Source: Schizochytrium sp. TIO01 (taxonomy: Eukaryota; Protista; Bigyra: Labyrinthulomycetes). From it: DNA of 64,000 nt. The DNA is taken from NCBI GenBank assembly GCA_004764695.1, contig SMSO01000014.1, positions 429,648 through 493,647 on the forward strand. Reading direction: 5' to 3'. The notes beneath the pieces were generated by a model. That model was given only the letters and a program-made list of their open reading frames with translations, was not told where the DNA came from and did not search any database. Below, in pieces: positions 18,732 to 28,949 of the stretch. The position numbers were made by a program, and so were the translations under genes. Within the stretch, counting starts at the first letter, position 1; each line of letters begins with the position of its first letter.

Positions 18732-20942
18732 TTAATCGATTTGAAATAGAGAATGAAGTTCAGCCATCTCTACCGCATAAGGGTCAGTGGTGTTGTATTG
18801 TGAAACGATATACATATTATCTTGTTGTGATCGCTTGACTGCACCCGTCGCACCTCCACTAATTTGGCGTTCTTTTGCCTCTTTATATGGAATGGGTGCG
18901 AATGAAGCAGAACCAAAATCGATCAGAAAAACCTTGACGGACTCCGAATCATTTGTTTGATTTTCAAGGAGAGCAAAGTTTGCAAGACGAATATCACCAT
19001 GCAAAACACCCAACTTATGTACAGCCTTTAGGCTCTTGACACAAGCAGCCAGCAGTCCAGGAAGACTCAGTGTTCTACTATCAAGTTTATCTAGACTTGT
19101 ACCACACTTGGCAGTTGCAATCATGACCCGAGAGAGGGTGAACTCACCCCCAAAGATCATAAAGGGTACGTGGATACCTTGAAGTTCTCGCAAAGGTCCA
19201 GTGTACATACTAATCTCAGTAGAAAATGATTCTTCCGCGAACTCGCGATATTTCTTGCGAATAGTGGACCTCCTGAACTTAACAAAAAGGTCCAAACCAT
19301 CCTCCCACTTTACACTTGATGTAATTGCAATCTCTGACGAGGATATAAGGGTCCAAGATGGATCCCATGGGAAGGGAAGCATCATGTCCTGCACCGAGAG
19401 AGGAAGCTGGCGAGATAGATTGTTCCGAGCTTGGTTCACTTCGGAGTCTCCATCTGAGACATCGTTGGCTTCAAATATTGCAGACAGAATTGTTTCTCGA
19501 GCTGCTTGGTTACATGCACCTCCTTCACTGCACCATGTGTCTCTAATGAACATGTAAGTTCTTGATCTTATAGAGAGGGGTATCCTTGTGGTCCCTCTTC
19601 TAATATAGGAACCAAGAGCTTCAAGAAGAAAAGCGTAGAGAACAGACATTGTTGACATTGGTCCAGATGTGTGTGCTTGAAATGCATCGCTTACATAGAG
19701 CTTAGCATTTTCATCGAGTTTGCAGAAATAAGTAAATTCGAAGGTGGTCAAAATGCCAAATTCGTTATTCGTGGCAATCATGTATCCGACGAGCTGAGCT
19801 ACAGAATTGATCAATCCACTATCTCCTGCCGGTAGTTGTATGTCAACGGAGCGCTCCTCAACAGGTTCATGTAGTAGTAGATCCGTTTCTATCCGTAATG
19901 GTGGGTCCTGATTTCCGTTAATGACTTCTAAAGGAGCATTACCTATACCGTAATACGACTGAAAGAAATCAGGCGGCCCGAAAGGAAGTTGAGTACCATT
20001 TCCATCAGACCTTTGATTGTTTGAGAGAATTCTCAAAGGGGCCTTGACTTCAACTGGACAAAAGCAGCATTGGTTGGTATTATTGATATTGTTGAAAAGA
20101 CAAGCAATATCAACCGATGTACCGATAGCAGTACCAAATTGCATATACCATGACAAATTGTCAACATCCAGATTTCGGTTCGACAACCGTATGATCGTCA
20201 TAGCGGTTTCGATAGCAAGCGAAAAATGACGACTTACGTGTTCCTTCATGAGACCTAACTCAAAATCTTGTAGTGGTAAGCCACATTGGGTCGATAAAAT
20301 AGTGATGTTTCTTGCAGCAAGCTCTTGAATCTTTTCTGCAACACGGACTTCATTATTGAAGTTTCTCCATCTAAGAACTTGAGATGGCCTGATGTTCCCC
20401 ACAAATCTACCTACTCTTGACCCCGTGGGATATACATTCCGTACATAGTTTTGGGTAAGAGGTCTTGCGAGGGCAACTTCTGCACGTGGAAATGCTCTAG
20501 ACTCAGCCGTATCCGCACGAGCCCTCTCTCTAGCTCTTTCCGCAGCCTCAGTGTCTGCACGAGCCCTTTCAGTGTCTGCACGAGCCCTCTCTCTAGCTCC
20601 TTCCGCAGCCTCTTGTAGTGTCTCAAGTGATATTACTGCAGATTGAAACGATTCATTCTCTCCATCATCATTTAACATTAAATCCAGGTTTGCGATAGCA
20701 TTATTAATAACTTCGTGATCTCCCAGCTGAGCAAGTACCTGGTACCGTCTAGGGCGTCTTATCCTACCCACCTGCCTCGCCTCATCGTTTGTCACAGGAT
20801 TGCCCTCTGCAAGTCTTCGGATTATAGTGACTATAGCATCAATTGATATAGATAAGTGTGGTGTGCGAGACCTTGTAGGGTTGGGCCCATCCTGCCTAGC
20901 TGTGCGGCCGCGCGTATCTCTGCTGCTGCTGCTGCTGCTCAT
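18732..20942 (-). CDS. Crinkler/CR-type effector: PD-(D/E)xK restriction-endonuclease-fold domain + C-terminal protein kinase
   Basis: SVDIA...PVEVKAP...VAQLVGYM...FGILTTFEFTYF (REase with QxxxY motif). Kinase: LFVK, E..MY, LQG..VP, HKLGVLHGDIRLANF, VFLIDFG. N-terminal helical region plus ARERARADTE coiled-coil repeats. Confidence 0.85.
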   Translation of the reverse strand: MSSSSSSRDTRGRTARQDGPNPTRSRTPHLSISIDAIVTIIRRLAEGNPVTNDEARQVGRIRRPRRYQVLAQLGDHEVINNAIANLDLMLNDDGENESFQSAVISLETLQEAAEGARERARADTERARADTEAAERARERARADTAESRAFPRAEVALARPLTQNYVRNVYPTGSRVGRFVGNIRPSQVLRWRNFNNEVRVAEKIQELAARNITILSTQCGLPLQDFELGLMKEHVSRHFSLAIETAMTIIRLSNRNLDVDNLSWYMQFGTAIGTSVDIACLFNNINNTNQCCFCPVEVKAPLRILSNNQRSDGNGTQLPFGPPDFFQSYYGIGNAPLEVINGNQDPPLRIETDLLLHEPVEERSVDIQLPAGDSGLINSVAQLVGYMIATNNEFGILTTFEFTYFCKLDENAKLYVSDAFQAHTSGPMSTMSVLYAFLLEALGSYIRRGTTRIPLSIRSRTYMFIRDTWCSEGGACNQAARETILSAIFEANDVSDGDSEVNQARNNLSRQLPLSVQDMMLPFPWDPSWTLISSSEIAITSSVKWEDGLDLFVKFRRSTIRKKYREFAEESFSTEISMYTGPLRELQGIHVPFMIFGGEFTLSRVMIATAKCGTSLDKLDSRTLSLPGLLAACVKSLKAVHKLGVLHGDIRLANFALLENQTNDSESVKVFLIDFGSASFAPIPYKEAKERQISGGATGAVKRSQQDNMYIVSQYNTTDPYAVEMAELHSLFQID

Positions 20943-21036
20943 CGTTGCTGATTTGCTTGCATTTGTTTGTCCATCACTCTTTTGCAGAACCCCGCCGCTC
21001 TCTTAAGTAACCCTTATGAATTCTTACTGTGCGTGA

Positions 21037-21501
21037 AAGAAAGAAATAGTCTTTAAATTGAAAAGTCGAAATTGACCTCGAGTTCCGCGGTAAGAAATCG
21101 AGGAAGAGCAAGAGCAAGAGCTTCCCACGCCAGCGGCAGCACCAACAGCGGCAGCGCCAGCAGCACCAGCACCAGCACCAGCAACAGGTAGAAGGAGCGG
21201 GAAAGTCCGGCTCGCTTCGTCGTAACCCCACGCGTAAGCGCAGGCCCTCTACCAGCCCGATCCTGATACTAAATTTGATGATGACCACAGCGGCGACAGT
21301 GATGATGAAGAGGACGTCGACTCTGATGAGGATCCCTCAACTTCAGACGAAGAGGAAGAATCAGAAGAAGATTATTACGACTCTGATGACCTCGCATTTA
21401 TTGCCAACAGCGATGAAGAAGACGAAGAAGCTTCTGATGAATCATGCACAGAAAGTGAATATGATGGTGACGGTCGGTCGTGGTTGCCTCTAATCATATA
21501 G
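21037..21501 (+). pseudogene. Broken acidic virus-like protein
   Basis: Across frames: EEEQEQELPTPAAAPTAAAPAAPAPAPA / LRRNPTRKRRP / LYQPDPDTKFDDDHSGDSDDEED...YDSDDLAFIANSDEEDEE. Resembles the RSGR..KP..YQP...DD...L.DFIVDD acidic proteins I recall from algal giant viruses. Contains stops and shifts. Confidence 0.5.
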
Positions 21502-21955
21502 CTGGGTCTTGCATTTTGCAGTCCAAATTCGCCGCGCGAAATGAAGTTTCTGAAGAAGCTCTTGTTTCCACGCATAGGTGTACCGTCAACATCATCCCCA
21601 GATCAATGATGCCTTGTGGTGTGATTGGGCACCTGTCTCATATACCTTTGCCTAAAGAGGCTTTGTTCCCCTCACTCGATCACATAGAACACACATTGCG
21701 TAGCACCTAGTTGGCTATGCCATCTAATGGTAATAGAGGAGTAGCTATGAACAGATAGTACTAGAGCTAGGTAGGAGTTTGACAGCACGTGCACAGACTG
21801 CCCAAAAGTCGAGTCGGACGAGCTCCTGGGCGCATGTGCGCTTCTGCGTCACTTGTGCACTGCACCGTCACTTTAGCTGACTTCGCCAGAGCGTTTCGTA
21901 AGTAGAGCGTGACGTAGACAGCTTTAAGCAAGACCAACGAGCCCAGGTTAAGATT

Positions 21956-24900
21956 ATGGGGGATTGCGACGACGATGGTTTGCTATGGGCAGCGTACGCT
22001 GGTCAACTAGGGCAGGTTCGTTAAATCATATCAAGGAGACCCGAACTGGTGAATCAAACAGACGATTATGGTACTACAGCGTTGATCCTATGCGCCGAAC
22101 AAGGGCATCTTCAAATTGCAGAATATCTACTTTGACACAATGCAGATCCAAACCACAAAGACCAAGGAGGGAAGACCGCCCTGCTAAAGGCGTCTAAACA
22201 TGATCATTTAAAGCTGGCGAAGTTGCTTTTAGAGCACCATGCAGATCCAAACCAAGAATACCAATACAATAACTCTGCCTTGATCAAAGCAGTGGGAAAT
22301 GGCAATACCGAATTGATCAAATTGCTCTTGCAGCGTCCAACGGCCAACTACAGCCACGACGAAAGAGATGACGCTTTGAGAAGTGCGTCTTCTCAAAACA
22401 ACCTTGAGCTGGTGAAGTTGATTTTGAAGTGCCATCCAAACTCAAGCGATGAGGCTCGTGGAGTCTCCTTGATATCGGCATCTAGGATCGGCAATCTTCA
22501 ATTAGCCACTGTGCTTCTTGAGCACCACGCTAACCTAAACAATTATGGCATGCATGGACATTCCGCCTTGATCGAAGCATCCAAAGCTGGCAACCTTCAA
22601 TTAGTGAAGCTACTCTTACAACGCGGCGCAGATGTAAACCAGCATTGTTCTTATGGACGTTCTGCCTTGATCGAAGCGTCTGAAGCTGGCAACGTTCAGT
22701 TAGTGAAGCTGCTCCTGCAACGCGGCGCAGATGTAAACCAGCATTGTAATTATGGACATTCTGCCTTGTTCAAAGCGTCTCGTTGCAGCAGACTCGAGGT
22801 AGCAAGAGTTCTTCTGGAGCACTCCGCAAATCCAAACTGTCGTGATACAAACGGGAGATCTGCCATTATAGAGCTATCTAGATACCGAGAAGTAAACCTG
22901 AAGTTAATAGAGTTACTTCTGCAGCACAATGCAGACCCAAACTATTTGGATGAAGACGGATACTCTGCTTTGATATGGGCGACCCAACGTAGCAACCTCA
23001 GTTTGGCAAAACTGCTATTGAAGTATCATGCAGATCCAAACAAGGGAGTTTACATGTATCCCTTGCACATCAGTTGTGAGAGTGATGACCTTCAAATGGT
23101 AAGTCTTCTCTTGGAGAATCGTGCAGATCCAAATCTCAAATCTGGTGATGAAAGGACTGCTTTAATGATGCTGCGTGGATGGAGTAATTGTCTTGAAATC
23201 GCGAAATTACTTCTCGAGAACCATGCAGATCCAAACTACGAAGATAAATACGGAGAGACGGCCTTATTTGCAGCAATGCGTTCTTGCAGGCCCGAAGTGG
23301 CAGACTTGCTCTTAAAGAACTATCCAAACATGAATCACCAATCCCATCGCGGAGTGACGGCCTTGATGGTTGCGTGTGAAGAAAGTAACCATGGCGCTAT
23401 AACGGTTTTACTTGAAAATGGAGCTGATCCAAATATATGCACTAAGTTCACTTCTCCTCTGAGGGCACTTCTGAGATGCTCCTACTATAACACTTTCCTA
23501 TTGGTAAAGAGCCTTGTCGAATATGGCGCAGATATTAATTGGAGGAATCAAGATGGAGAGAGTTTGCTGATGTTGATAAGCACTGGGGAAACTGACCTAG
23601 TACACTTTCTACTCGAGAATGGTGCAGACCCAAGTGATCATGCTACCCTATTGAAAAACGCCTGCCAAGAAAATAACCTTGAATTGGTGAAAACCCTACT
23701 CTGGAGCTACTCAGTAGACCCAAACGAAACTAAAAAAGATGGGGAAAGATTTTATTCTGCTCTATATTATGCATGCGAACGCAGAAACCCCGAAATAGTA
23801 GAACTCCTACTAAAGCAAGGGGCAAATCCCCAATTAATATCTCGGCGACAGGAAACCCTCTTGATGTTTGCGTGTCGAAGAGGATATGTTGACATAGTAA
23901 AATTGCTTCTCGAGTATGGTGCAGATCCAAATGTTCTAGACATGGACGGAGCGAGTGTATTGATGTACTCTGCATCACTTCAGGACTCTACATTAATGAG
24001 TCTTTTACTTAAGTATGGTGGCAACCCTACGTTGCGTGACAAAAAGAAGAGGTCTGTTTTGATGCACTATCTATATTGGACTAATCCAAAGATACTTGAA
24101 CTCCTCCTCGAGCATGGCGCTGACCCAAACGAACACTGCGGAGACTCGAACATATCTAGTTCTGGGCCAATTCTGAATATGCTATGTAAACAGCGTTACT
24201 ATGAGTGGGCGGAACGTCAATTAAGGGTACAAGCGTGAGCATCCATTGGACCGAGGGCAAGATGGGAAGCCAATCCTCATGAACGAATACCAGCACTCTC
24301 ATTTAGAATCACTCAAAATTCTTCTTAGACACGGAGCAAACCCAAACTCACGTGATGAAGGTAGAGAGACGGTTCTCAACACTGCGTGTAAGCAATGCCC
24401 TACCGAGTGGGTAAGGGTATTACTGGAAAATGGCGCAGACCCAAATCATAGAAATCAGTTTGGTTGCATAGCCCTAATGACTGTATATTGCAGAGGCTTC
24501 TTCAATTCTAGACAAGAATTTGTTTGTCAGGAAGGCCATCTTGAGTTAGCTGCATTACTTCTCGAGCACGGCGCATGTGTCAGAATTAGTGACAACCGCC
24601 ATAAAACTGCGCTAGATTATGCCAGGAATGCTGGAGTTCCGGAGTTACTGGAGTTTTTCTCGAATGGTGATGTTTCCAAGTATCTTCAGGAGGAGCTCGA
24701 ACTCCCTCAAAGTGTTGTGGTACAATTTTATCTAAATAAAATTGTTACTTTTGAGGACTGCTGCCTTGTCACTGAAGATAAGCTTGTCAAGATGGGCATA
24801 GTTCGAGGTTTTGATCGAAGGAAGTTTCTGAAGAGGTTTTACAAGGAGCCTCCGGCAGCAAAGCTTCCACGGGTATATGAGTTCGATCGCCCGCCGTGTT

Positions 24901-25374
24901 TCAACTACACGATCTCGACGATCTCTGCGCTGCTATGATGCCTTCTTAACGCATGAGTGGGGTTCAGACGGTCTTCCCACTCACAGCATTGTCTCTGTAT
25001 TAAACACAAAGCTGGTAGAGGCAGGTCTTACGACCTGGTTTGATGGTGAGCGCGTTTCTGGTAACATTGCGCAACAGGTAAGTGAAGGCGTGCAAAAGTC
25101 CAAGAAAATCATTGTGTGTGTCACACGCCGGTACATGGAAAAACTCCAGAGCAATAATGCGGACTGGTGCAAAGATGAATTCTTGGCGGCAACTCGTGTG
25201 CACAATGGCGTTGAAAACATGATCCCCCTAGTGCTGGAGCCAGAGATGCTAATAGCTAATTCCTGGAGAGGCCCACTACAACTACACCTTGGTGGGCATC
25301 TCTATATTGACTTTTCAACAGAGGAACATCGCGAGGCAAATTTTCAAGAGCTGTTAAATCGAATAAGGTCATGA
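21956..25374 (+). pseudogene. Ankyrin-repeat - SAM - TIR protein (~1,140 codons if repaired), disrupted in this assembly
   Basis: ATG 21956 is in frame with ORF 22223 but has TAA 22022 and TGA 22133 inside clear ankyrin repeats. More than 20 ANK repeats; +1 shift near 24223-24227; SAM at ~24666-24839 (DVSKYLQEELEL...EDKLVKMGIVRGFDRRKFLK); +1 shift probably at 24871-24873; TIR (YDAFLTHEWG, WFD, SKKIIVCVTRRY, WCKDEF, IPLVLE, LYIDFS). Confidence 0.85.
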
Positions 25375-26687
25375 TTTTTAGTTTAGTTTTACTTGAAACA
25401 TTCTGCGCATATATATAACGTTTCAACCTGCCAGTAGTAGTGGCCACTAGGGGGGTGTGGGGGGGGGTATGTACATCAATACAATTTCAGTTGTGAGAAA
25501 AACGAAGTAGCTGTTACTTGAACCGAGAATAATAGGATAAGCAACTGATACGTGCCTATGATTATAGGGGAACACTACTGTAAAGTGTAAAGGGAAGACA
25601 TATGATGCAATTCAAGTATTCGCACCAGTAAAGTTAATTGTTAATTTATTCAAATCATTTGAGTTGAATTGAATGCAAGAACTGTTGCAATATTATTGTC
25701 TTAATCCACTATCGGAGCAAAACCCTCTACCAAGTAGGACATTAATTTACTTGCAAACCAGGTATTCTTAAGCGCTGATCTCAAATGCACCCATATTGCA
25801 CACCATATACCACACCATGCATTTCACTCTAACGAAATCTCTCTTTCCACAATGCCATCGTTACTCAATAAAGATTCCCAACAGTGAACGATCCTTGAGG
25901 TTGTCAAATTAAGCTCTGCGTGAGTAACGCGAGGTGCCTGTCCAAACCTGTGCGGCTGCAACCTTCGTTTGCACTTTCATAGATGTCTCACCTTGGTTAA
26001 TATACAAGCCATTCCTTGCTTTGGTCCCTCTTTCCTTTGCTCTAGATTGCCTCTCACATCGCCCATACCACACTTTGCACAGAGGTCTTTCACTCCCCTC
26101 TAATTAGTACGAAAGCGGTCTAGCTACCTGATAGGAGCTGCTAGTAGCTCTTAAACTTGGAAGGAGGTCTCTGTTCAAGTTCTCTCTTTCCCCAAAAGTA
26201 CAGTACTTACCAAGATATGTGAAGCAGCCATCAACGCTTTCATGCAATGCAAACAGCTTTCATGTAGCCATTCTGATTAAAAATGCCTGTGTTTTATGCT
26301 TCTGCACGCACCACGATTCGGTTTGCTTCGAAAGCAGTTGCTTTGCTAGACCGTGTGGGCTCGCTGGCACTCTTAGCGACTGCTAGCGCGGGGCTAGCCA
26401 TGTTTACTTGTGCTTTGAGGTTAAAGAGTAGAGGACTTGGAAGAAAAGTTCTACATGATTAGGAGGGTAAAAGGAAATGAGAGAAATGAATTCATTGATG
26501 AGATGGGATGAATAAGAATAAGAAGCTTGAAGCGAAGAGAAAACGAATCGAGAATCACGATATGAATCACGATCTGTGGAAACTGAAGAGGCAATAGGTA
26601 AATCGTTTGCCGAAGGCTGGCGGGTTGGCAGCAGTTTGAGGCTTGCTGAAGACTGTGGTCGGCTGACGAGGTTTTGCTGCAGCCAAG

Positions 26688-28487
26688 ATGATGGAGGCCT
26701 CGTCGCGGGAGGACGTGACGGTGTCGCTCGTGAGTCGGGGATCGTCTTCGTCAGCCTCGTCTTCGACATCGTCAGCGTCGGTACCAGCTTCGAATGGAAG
26801 TGGGCCGTCGGAGAAAAACCGAGATCAAGCAAACAGTCGAGGCAGCTATCAAGGTACCCGTAAAGACGACGAAGATGAGGATGAAGAAACTGGCAGCATC
26901 AAGAATTTTCGCCAAAACAATGATTCTATCTCGTGTGGTATACCATGTTTTCCAGTGAACAATAACTTGTACGTCACAGTTCTACTGTGCTTAATCAACA
27001 TTTTTCTCTTTGCTGACCAGAATCTTCTAGCACCAGAGCTCAGCACGATCGCATCAGACTTTGGCTTCAACGAAGTGGAGAGAGACCGATACCTAGGTGG
27101 CAATGTTGCACTAGTCTTTTTTCTTGTTGGAGGTGTTACGTCCATTGTTGTGGGATATCTAAGTGACAGCGTCAACCGCATCTATACCCTTGTGGCCATC
27201 GTCCTTATTGGTGAGACAGGGTGTCTAGTCACTTACTGGGTCACTTCATATGAGCAGCTTCTTGTCGCGCGTGCTGTGACAGGAATTAGTGTCGGCGGTA
27301 CTGTACCTCTATGCTATTCCCTATTTGGAGATTTGTGGCCTACAAGAAAGCGCGGCACTGTGGTGGCAGTGGCAGGTGTTGCAATGGGTTTTGGTGTTGG
27401 ATTTGGCCAGATCATTGCCGGTATCACTGGCCCATTGCTAGGTTGGCGCACGCCATTTTTAATCATTGCAATCCCTGCATATGTGCTTGCACTAATTCTC
27501 ATCATGACTACGCGGGACCCTCGGAGAGGCACTAAAGAAGAAGTCCTTACCCAACTGGTATCAGCCAATGACATCATTTACTCTGAGCGGATCACTTGCT
27601 CCAAGCTCAAGGTGTTGCTCTCATGCAAGACTGTGGTTCTCATCCTTCTCCAAGGCCTTCCAGGCTCGCTTCCATGGGGCGTTATGATTGTGTACTTCAA
27701 TGATTTTCTTAGTTCAGAGTATGATATTTCTGTGGAACTTTCCACAGTTATTGTGCTTCTATACGGAGTTGGTATTGTTATGGGCCAGCTCTTGGCCGGA
27801 TGGCTCACTGATCGGTGGTTTGTTCATCGTAAGAAAGCCATTACATTGGGTATGGGTAGTGCTACAATTTTAGGTGGCGTGCCGGTGCTCTTCATGCTTT
27901 ATGGCGCAGGCTGGCTGCCAGTTTGGGCATTTTTTATTCTTACAATACCAGCTGGTTTCCTCGCAGGAATTCCAGGCTCAGTTCTGCGGACTTTAATGCT
28001 TAATGTTACTGTGCCAGAGGTCCGTGGCTCCGCTTTTGCAATTTTGAACCTGGTAGACGACCTTGGACGCGGTCTTGGCCCCTTTTTTGTATCCTTCATA
28101 ATCGAAGCTATGCCAGATCGAAGGCGCGATGCCTTGGCAATCTCAGTGTCTGGTTGGCTTATATGCGGATTAATGCTAGGTGCAACCGTATTTACACTCG
28201 ATAGTGATGTGCGTTCTGTTGATAAGCGTATTCTTCATAACTACCTGAAAAGGCACCCTGGAGAGAGCACTGAGTATCTTGTTCAGGAATATCTTTTAGA
28301 GCATAATAGTACTGACCGCGAAGAGGCACTCCGAGAAATAGCATCAGCACGTGGTCATTTGCCTGACGATGAGCTCTACGAGGCCATCAGTGCTGAAGAT
28401 CGCGAAATTGAGCCATCGCGTAGGGGTCGAGGCGAGCGAGACGTTCGAGTGGACCCCGCGTCTGATGTAGAATTGACTTTAAGATAA
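26688..28487 (+). CDS. Major facilitator superfamily transporter (Spinster-like)
   Basis: INIFLFADQNLL, GYLSDSVNR motif A, RAVTGISVGG, GDLWPTRKRG, second-half GWLTDR; about 12 TM segments. Confidence 0.9.
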   Translation: MMEASSREDVTVSLVSRGSSSSASSSTSSASVPASNGSGPSEKNRDQANSRGSYQGTRKDDEDEDEETGSIKNFRQNNDSISCGIPCFPVNNNLYVTVLLCLINIFLFADQNLLAPELSTIASDFGFNEVERDRYLGGNVALVFFLVGGVTSIVVGYLSDSVNRIYTLVAIVLIGETGCLVTYWVTSYEQLLVARAVTGISVGGTVPLCYSLFGDLWPTRKRGTVVAVAGVAMGFGVGFGQIIAGITGPLLGWRTPFLIIAIPAYVLALILIMTTRDPRRGTKEEVLTQLVSANDIIYSERITCSKLKVLLSCKTVVLILLQGLPGSLPWGVMIVYFNDFLSSEYDISVELSTVIVLLYGVGIVMGQLLAGWLTDRWFVHRKKAITLGMGSATILGGVPVLFMLYGAGWLPVWAFFILTIPAGFLAGIPGSVLRTLMLNVTVPEVRGSAFAILNLVDDLGRGLGPFFVSFIIEAMPDRRRDALAISVSGWLICGLMLGATVFTLDSDVRSVDKRILHNYLKRHPGESTEYLVQEYLLEHNSTDREEALREIASARGHLPDDELYEAISAEDREIEPSRRGRGERDVRVDPASDVELTLR

Positions 28488-28589
28488 AGCACTACTCTAG
28501 CTTAACAAGCTTTGATAATATTCGAAGTGACCGTGAATCTCTACAAATTCGCAGTATCAAAAAAAATCAAATACCAAAGAATCCTTTTT

Positions 28590-28949
28590 TCATTTCCGTG
28601 CATGATACTTGTGCAAACAATCGCCAAGTGCGTATGATGCCCATCGACACCTTTTGGGAATCTTTTGCCTGGTTTCGCCTTGCTCATTTTCATCCGTGCA
28701 GAATTGCTCTACGATGTCAGAACATGGCTTGGGCCCTCCATAAAAAGCGAGGTATTCGCTGCCACAAAGGTGCTCCGCAAGGCATCTTTTTTCGTTGAGT
28801 TTGAGCCGAGTACAGAGATCACTTTGCTGACCATAGTTGTTTAAACAGGCCTCGCGCTTCTCAACAGCTTCTTTGCACGCGCCTTTCTCAACTTGGCGTC
28901 GCTCGTACGAGCGATAAATGCCTTTGAGCCACTCCATGGCTTCTGCCAT
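28590..28949 (-). CDS. Small Cys-rich twin-CX9C (CHCH-like) protein, probably mitochondrial intermembrane space
   Basis: CKEAVEKREAC, CTRLKLNEKRC and CRWASYALGDC are all CX9C; further Cys lie in between. Confidence 0.7.
   Translation of the reverse strand: MAEAMEWLKGIYRSYERRQVEKGACKEAVEKREACLNNYGQQSDLCTRLKLNEKRCLAEHLCGSEYLAFYGGPKPCSDIVEQFCTDENEQGETRQKIPKRCRWASYALGDCLHKYHARK

Larger units (their letters stand above)
15575..21501. mobile_element. Degraded endogenous large-dsDNA-virus element (Nucleocytoviricota- or Mirusviricota-like), mosaic
   Basis: Tightly packed intronless small ORFs and pseudogenes: penton-like jelly roll, divergent RNAP largest-subunit fragment, PDF-fold protein, acidic RR..YQP..D/E-rich protein, orphan ORFs. 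Boundaries approximate; no terminal repeats found. Confidence 0.72.

Noticed and set aside
22022-22135. Stop-codon reassignment explaining in-frame TAA/TGA
   Set aside because: TAA, TAG and TGA all terminate conserved host genes in this window, and long genes show no internal stops.
7113-25442. CACTACTA at 7113 and TAGTAGTG at 25435-25442 as CACTA transposon ends
   Set aside because: Only 8 bp match, no subterminal repeats, no transposase, and housekeeping genes lie between them.
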